A program made the translations under genes and the position numbers. This document shows positions 58,474 through 60,409 of a DNA stretch of 60,409 bases, one piece after another (the stretch's first letter is position 1; each line of letters opens with the position of its first letter). The stretch comes from an uncultured Muribaculaceae bacterium. Its GTDB lineage: Bacteria > Bacteroidota > Bacteroidia > Bacteroidales > Muribaculaceae. The stretch covers positions 1 through 60,409 of the forward strand of contig CAJUSN010000001.1 in the NCBI GenBank assembly GCA_910589095.1, written 5' to 3'. The notes below the pieces were generated by a model. That model made no database searches. It saw nothing but the letters and a program-made list of their open reading frames with translations, and had not been told where the DNA came from.

Positions 58474-60174
58474 ATGCTCGACTCTTTCACTCAAATATTA
58501 CGAACTTATCCCACCCTCGCCCTCTTTCTAACTCTCGGGCTCGGGTTTATGATTGGAAAAATCCGCATTGGATCTTTCTCTCTCGGCAGCGTCACGGCCG
58601 TGCTCCTCGTTGGCGTTCTTGTCGGACAGCTCAACATACCAATGGACGGCCCCTTGAAGATGGTTTTCTTCATGATGTTTCTCTTTTCCATAGGCTATAG
58701 CGTAGGTCCCGACTTTTTCAAATCCCTTCGTGGACAGGGGGCGCGCCAAGCTCTCTTCGCCGTAATCATGAGTTCCATGTGCTTCGGCATCACTCTCCTT
58801 ATTGCCCATCTGTTCAGCTATTCCAAGGGCGAAACCGTAGGTCTATTCTCCGGTTCCCAGACCTGTTCGGCCATCATCGGAGTTGGATCTGAAGCCATTT
58901 CCCGAATCGGGCTGCCGGCACCGGAACTAAAACGTCAATTGTCGCTCATTCCCGTTTGCTATGCCGTAACATATATCTTCGGCACACTCGGCACCGTCAT
59001 ACTCCTCGGCAATCTCGGGCCGAAACTCCTCGGGGGCTTGGACCACGTGAAAAAATGCACTGCCGAGCTTGAAAAAAAATTGGACCGGATGGGGCGCAAG
59101 GACGACCCGGCCTATATAAACGCCATGCGCACCGTGGCCTATCGCGCCTACGTGACTGAATCCGAATTCTTCTCCATACCTCGCACCGTTAAGGAAACCG
59201 AACGTTACCTCCGCACATGCGGAATGGAAGTCTACATCGACCGCCTCCTGCACAACGGTGAAATATCAGCCCCTCGTCATGACGACACCATCTCTGCCGG
59301 CGACAGCATCGTCGTATGCGGACGCTCGGAATTCATCGTCAACGTCGGCCCACAACTCGGCCGGGAAATTGCCGATGCCAACCTCCTGTCTTATCCCCTT
59401 GAACGTGTAGGCATCGTTGTTGTCAAGAAAGGTTTTATCGGAAAATCAATCTCGCAACTCAGAAAAGAAAAATACATGCACGGCGTGGTGGTGCGCGATG
59501 CCGCCCGCAACGGCAAAGAATTGGAAATCGACACATCCACAACCTTTGCCAAAGGCGACCGCATCACAATCCTCGGCCGACCTGTACAAGTCCGAAAAGC
59601 TTCCGCTATGATTGGCCACGTTGACCGACCCTCCAATTCAAGCGACCTTATGTTTGTTGGATTGGCCATTTTCATCGGCGGTCTCTTCGGAGCTCTCACT
59701 TTCTGGGTGGGCTCACTCCCCCTGAGCTTCGGCACAAGTGGAGGCGCTCTTGTCGCCGGACTCGTTTTTGGATGGCTCCGCACCCGCCGACCCACCTACG
59801 GAAACATCCCCCCTGCTGCCCTCTGGTTCATGAACAATATGGGCCTCAACGTTTTCATAGCCGTCATAGGCATAGAAGCTGCCCCATCGTTCATCAGCGG
59901 TATCCGTACCGTAGGCCCCATGCTATTCCTTGCAGGTGCAGTCGGGACCCTCATCCCGCTTCTCTTCGGTCTTTGGTTGGGCAATAAGGTATTTAAATTC
60001 AATCCTGCCATAACACTTGGCTGCTGCGCCGGCACCCGCACATGCACCGCCTCACTCGGGGCCGTACAGGACGCCATTGGCAGCACCCTCCCCGCAATCG
60101 GCTACACCGTAACCTACGCCGTCAGCAATCTCCTCCTCGTTATCTGGGGTCTCCTGGCCGTTATGATAATATAG
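58474..60174 (+). CDS. aspT: aspartate:alanine exchanger (AspT/YidE family)
   Basis: Duplicated TM halves (FSIGYSVGPDFF, GSQTCSA / GTRTCTASL, GYTVTYA) around TrkA-C domains. Confidence 0.85.
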   Translation: MLDSFTQILRTYPTLALFLTLGLGFMIGKIRIGSFSLGSVTAVLLVGVLVGQLNIPMDGPLKMVFFMMFLFSIGYSVGPDFFKSLRGQGARQALFAVIMSSMCFGITLLIAHLFSYSKGETVGLFSGSQTCSAIIGVGSEAISRIGLPAPELKRQLSLIPVCYAVTYIFGTLGTVILLGNLGPKLLGGLDHVKKCTAELEKKLDRMGRKDDPAYINAMRTVAYRAYVTESEFFSIPRTVKETERYLRTCGMEVYIDRLLHNGEISAPRHDDTISAGDSIVVCGRSEFIVNVGPQLGREIADANLLSYPLERVGIVVVKKGFIGKSISQLRKEKYMHGVVVRDAARNGKELEIDTSTTFAKGDRITILGRPVQVRKASAMIGHVDRPSNSSDLMFVGLAIFIGGLFGALTFWVGSLPLSFGTSGGALVAGLVFGWLRTRRPTYGNIPPAALWFMNNMGLNVFIAVIGIEAAPSFISGIRTVGPMLFLAGAVGTLIPLLFGLWLGNKVFKFNPAITLGCCAGTRTCTASLGAVQDAIGSTLPAIGYTVTYAVSNLLLVIWGLLAVMII

Positions 60175-60359
60175 CAATCCGCCATCCCCTCGGCAATATT
60201 CCCCAAACTCCAATTCGCTCATATCCAACCCAAAGCAACCTTAGCCCGAATTTCGTATCAAAAATCGTCCGGATTTTTTTGGACAATTCAAAACTTCTAT
60301 ATAACTTTGCACTTGCAAACGCGACAAATTCGCCTTTGCATACTCAACTTCAAATCCAC

Positions 60360-60409
60360 GGAGAGGTGGGTGAGTGGCTGAAACCACCAGTTTGCTAAAC
60401 TGACGTAGG
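60360..60409 (+). tRNA. tRNA-Ser(GCT), truncated by the window end
   Basis: GGAGAGGTGGGTGAGTGGCTGAAACC start, CAGT-TT-GCT-AA-ACTG anticodon arm; TAACTTTG promoter at 60302-60309. Confidence 0.88.

Noticed and set aside
44400..60409. C-rich + strand and a preponderance of minus-strand housekeeping genes
   Set aside because: Consistent with ordinary replication strand bias (+ as lagging strand); not unusual.

Overview
60.4 kb of a Bacteroidales chromosome; the gene content and TAnnTTTG -7 promoter boxes fit Bacteroidota, and Muribaculaceae is only my inference. Most of the window is housekeeping: mltG, ompA, nrdJ, malQ, rlmB-recN-coaBC-dnaN, PBP1A, ahpC, galM, folB, rnr, gyrB, priA, tgt, manA, rho, aspT, tRNA-Pro(GGG) and a partial tRNA-Ser(GCT). 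No transposase, integrase, phage gene or CRISPR array was seen. The main find is an operon-like cluster at about 9.5-19.8 kb: FHA protein, a 27-aa membrane peptide missed by the ORF track, PP2C phosphatase, a single-chain SEDS(RodA/FtsW)-class B PBP fusion, a second FHA protein, a non-RD Ser/Thr kinase and an acyltransferase-3. It resembles the actinobacterial fhaA-fhaB-pstP-rodA-pbpA-pknA/B module but sits in a Gram-negative lineage. The second find is a dispersed ~115-127 bp intergenic element present twice (26101 and 53131), with compensatory base changes in two stems and a conserved possible pseudoknot. Smaller items: a secreted protein-Tpx read-through fusion, a tandem family of three secreted paralogs, and several orphan regulatory-looking motifs. 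Start codons were moved to the most plausible ATG where the ORF track overextends. All calls come from visual motif recognition; no searches were run.
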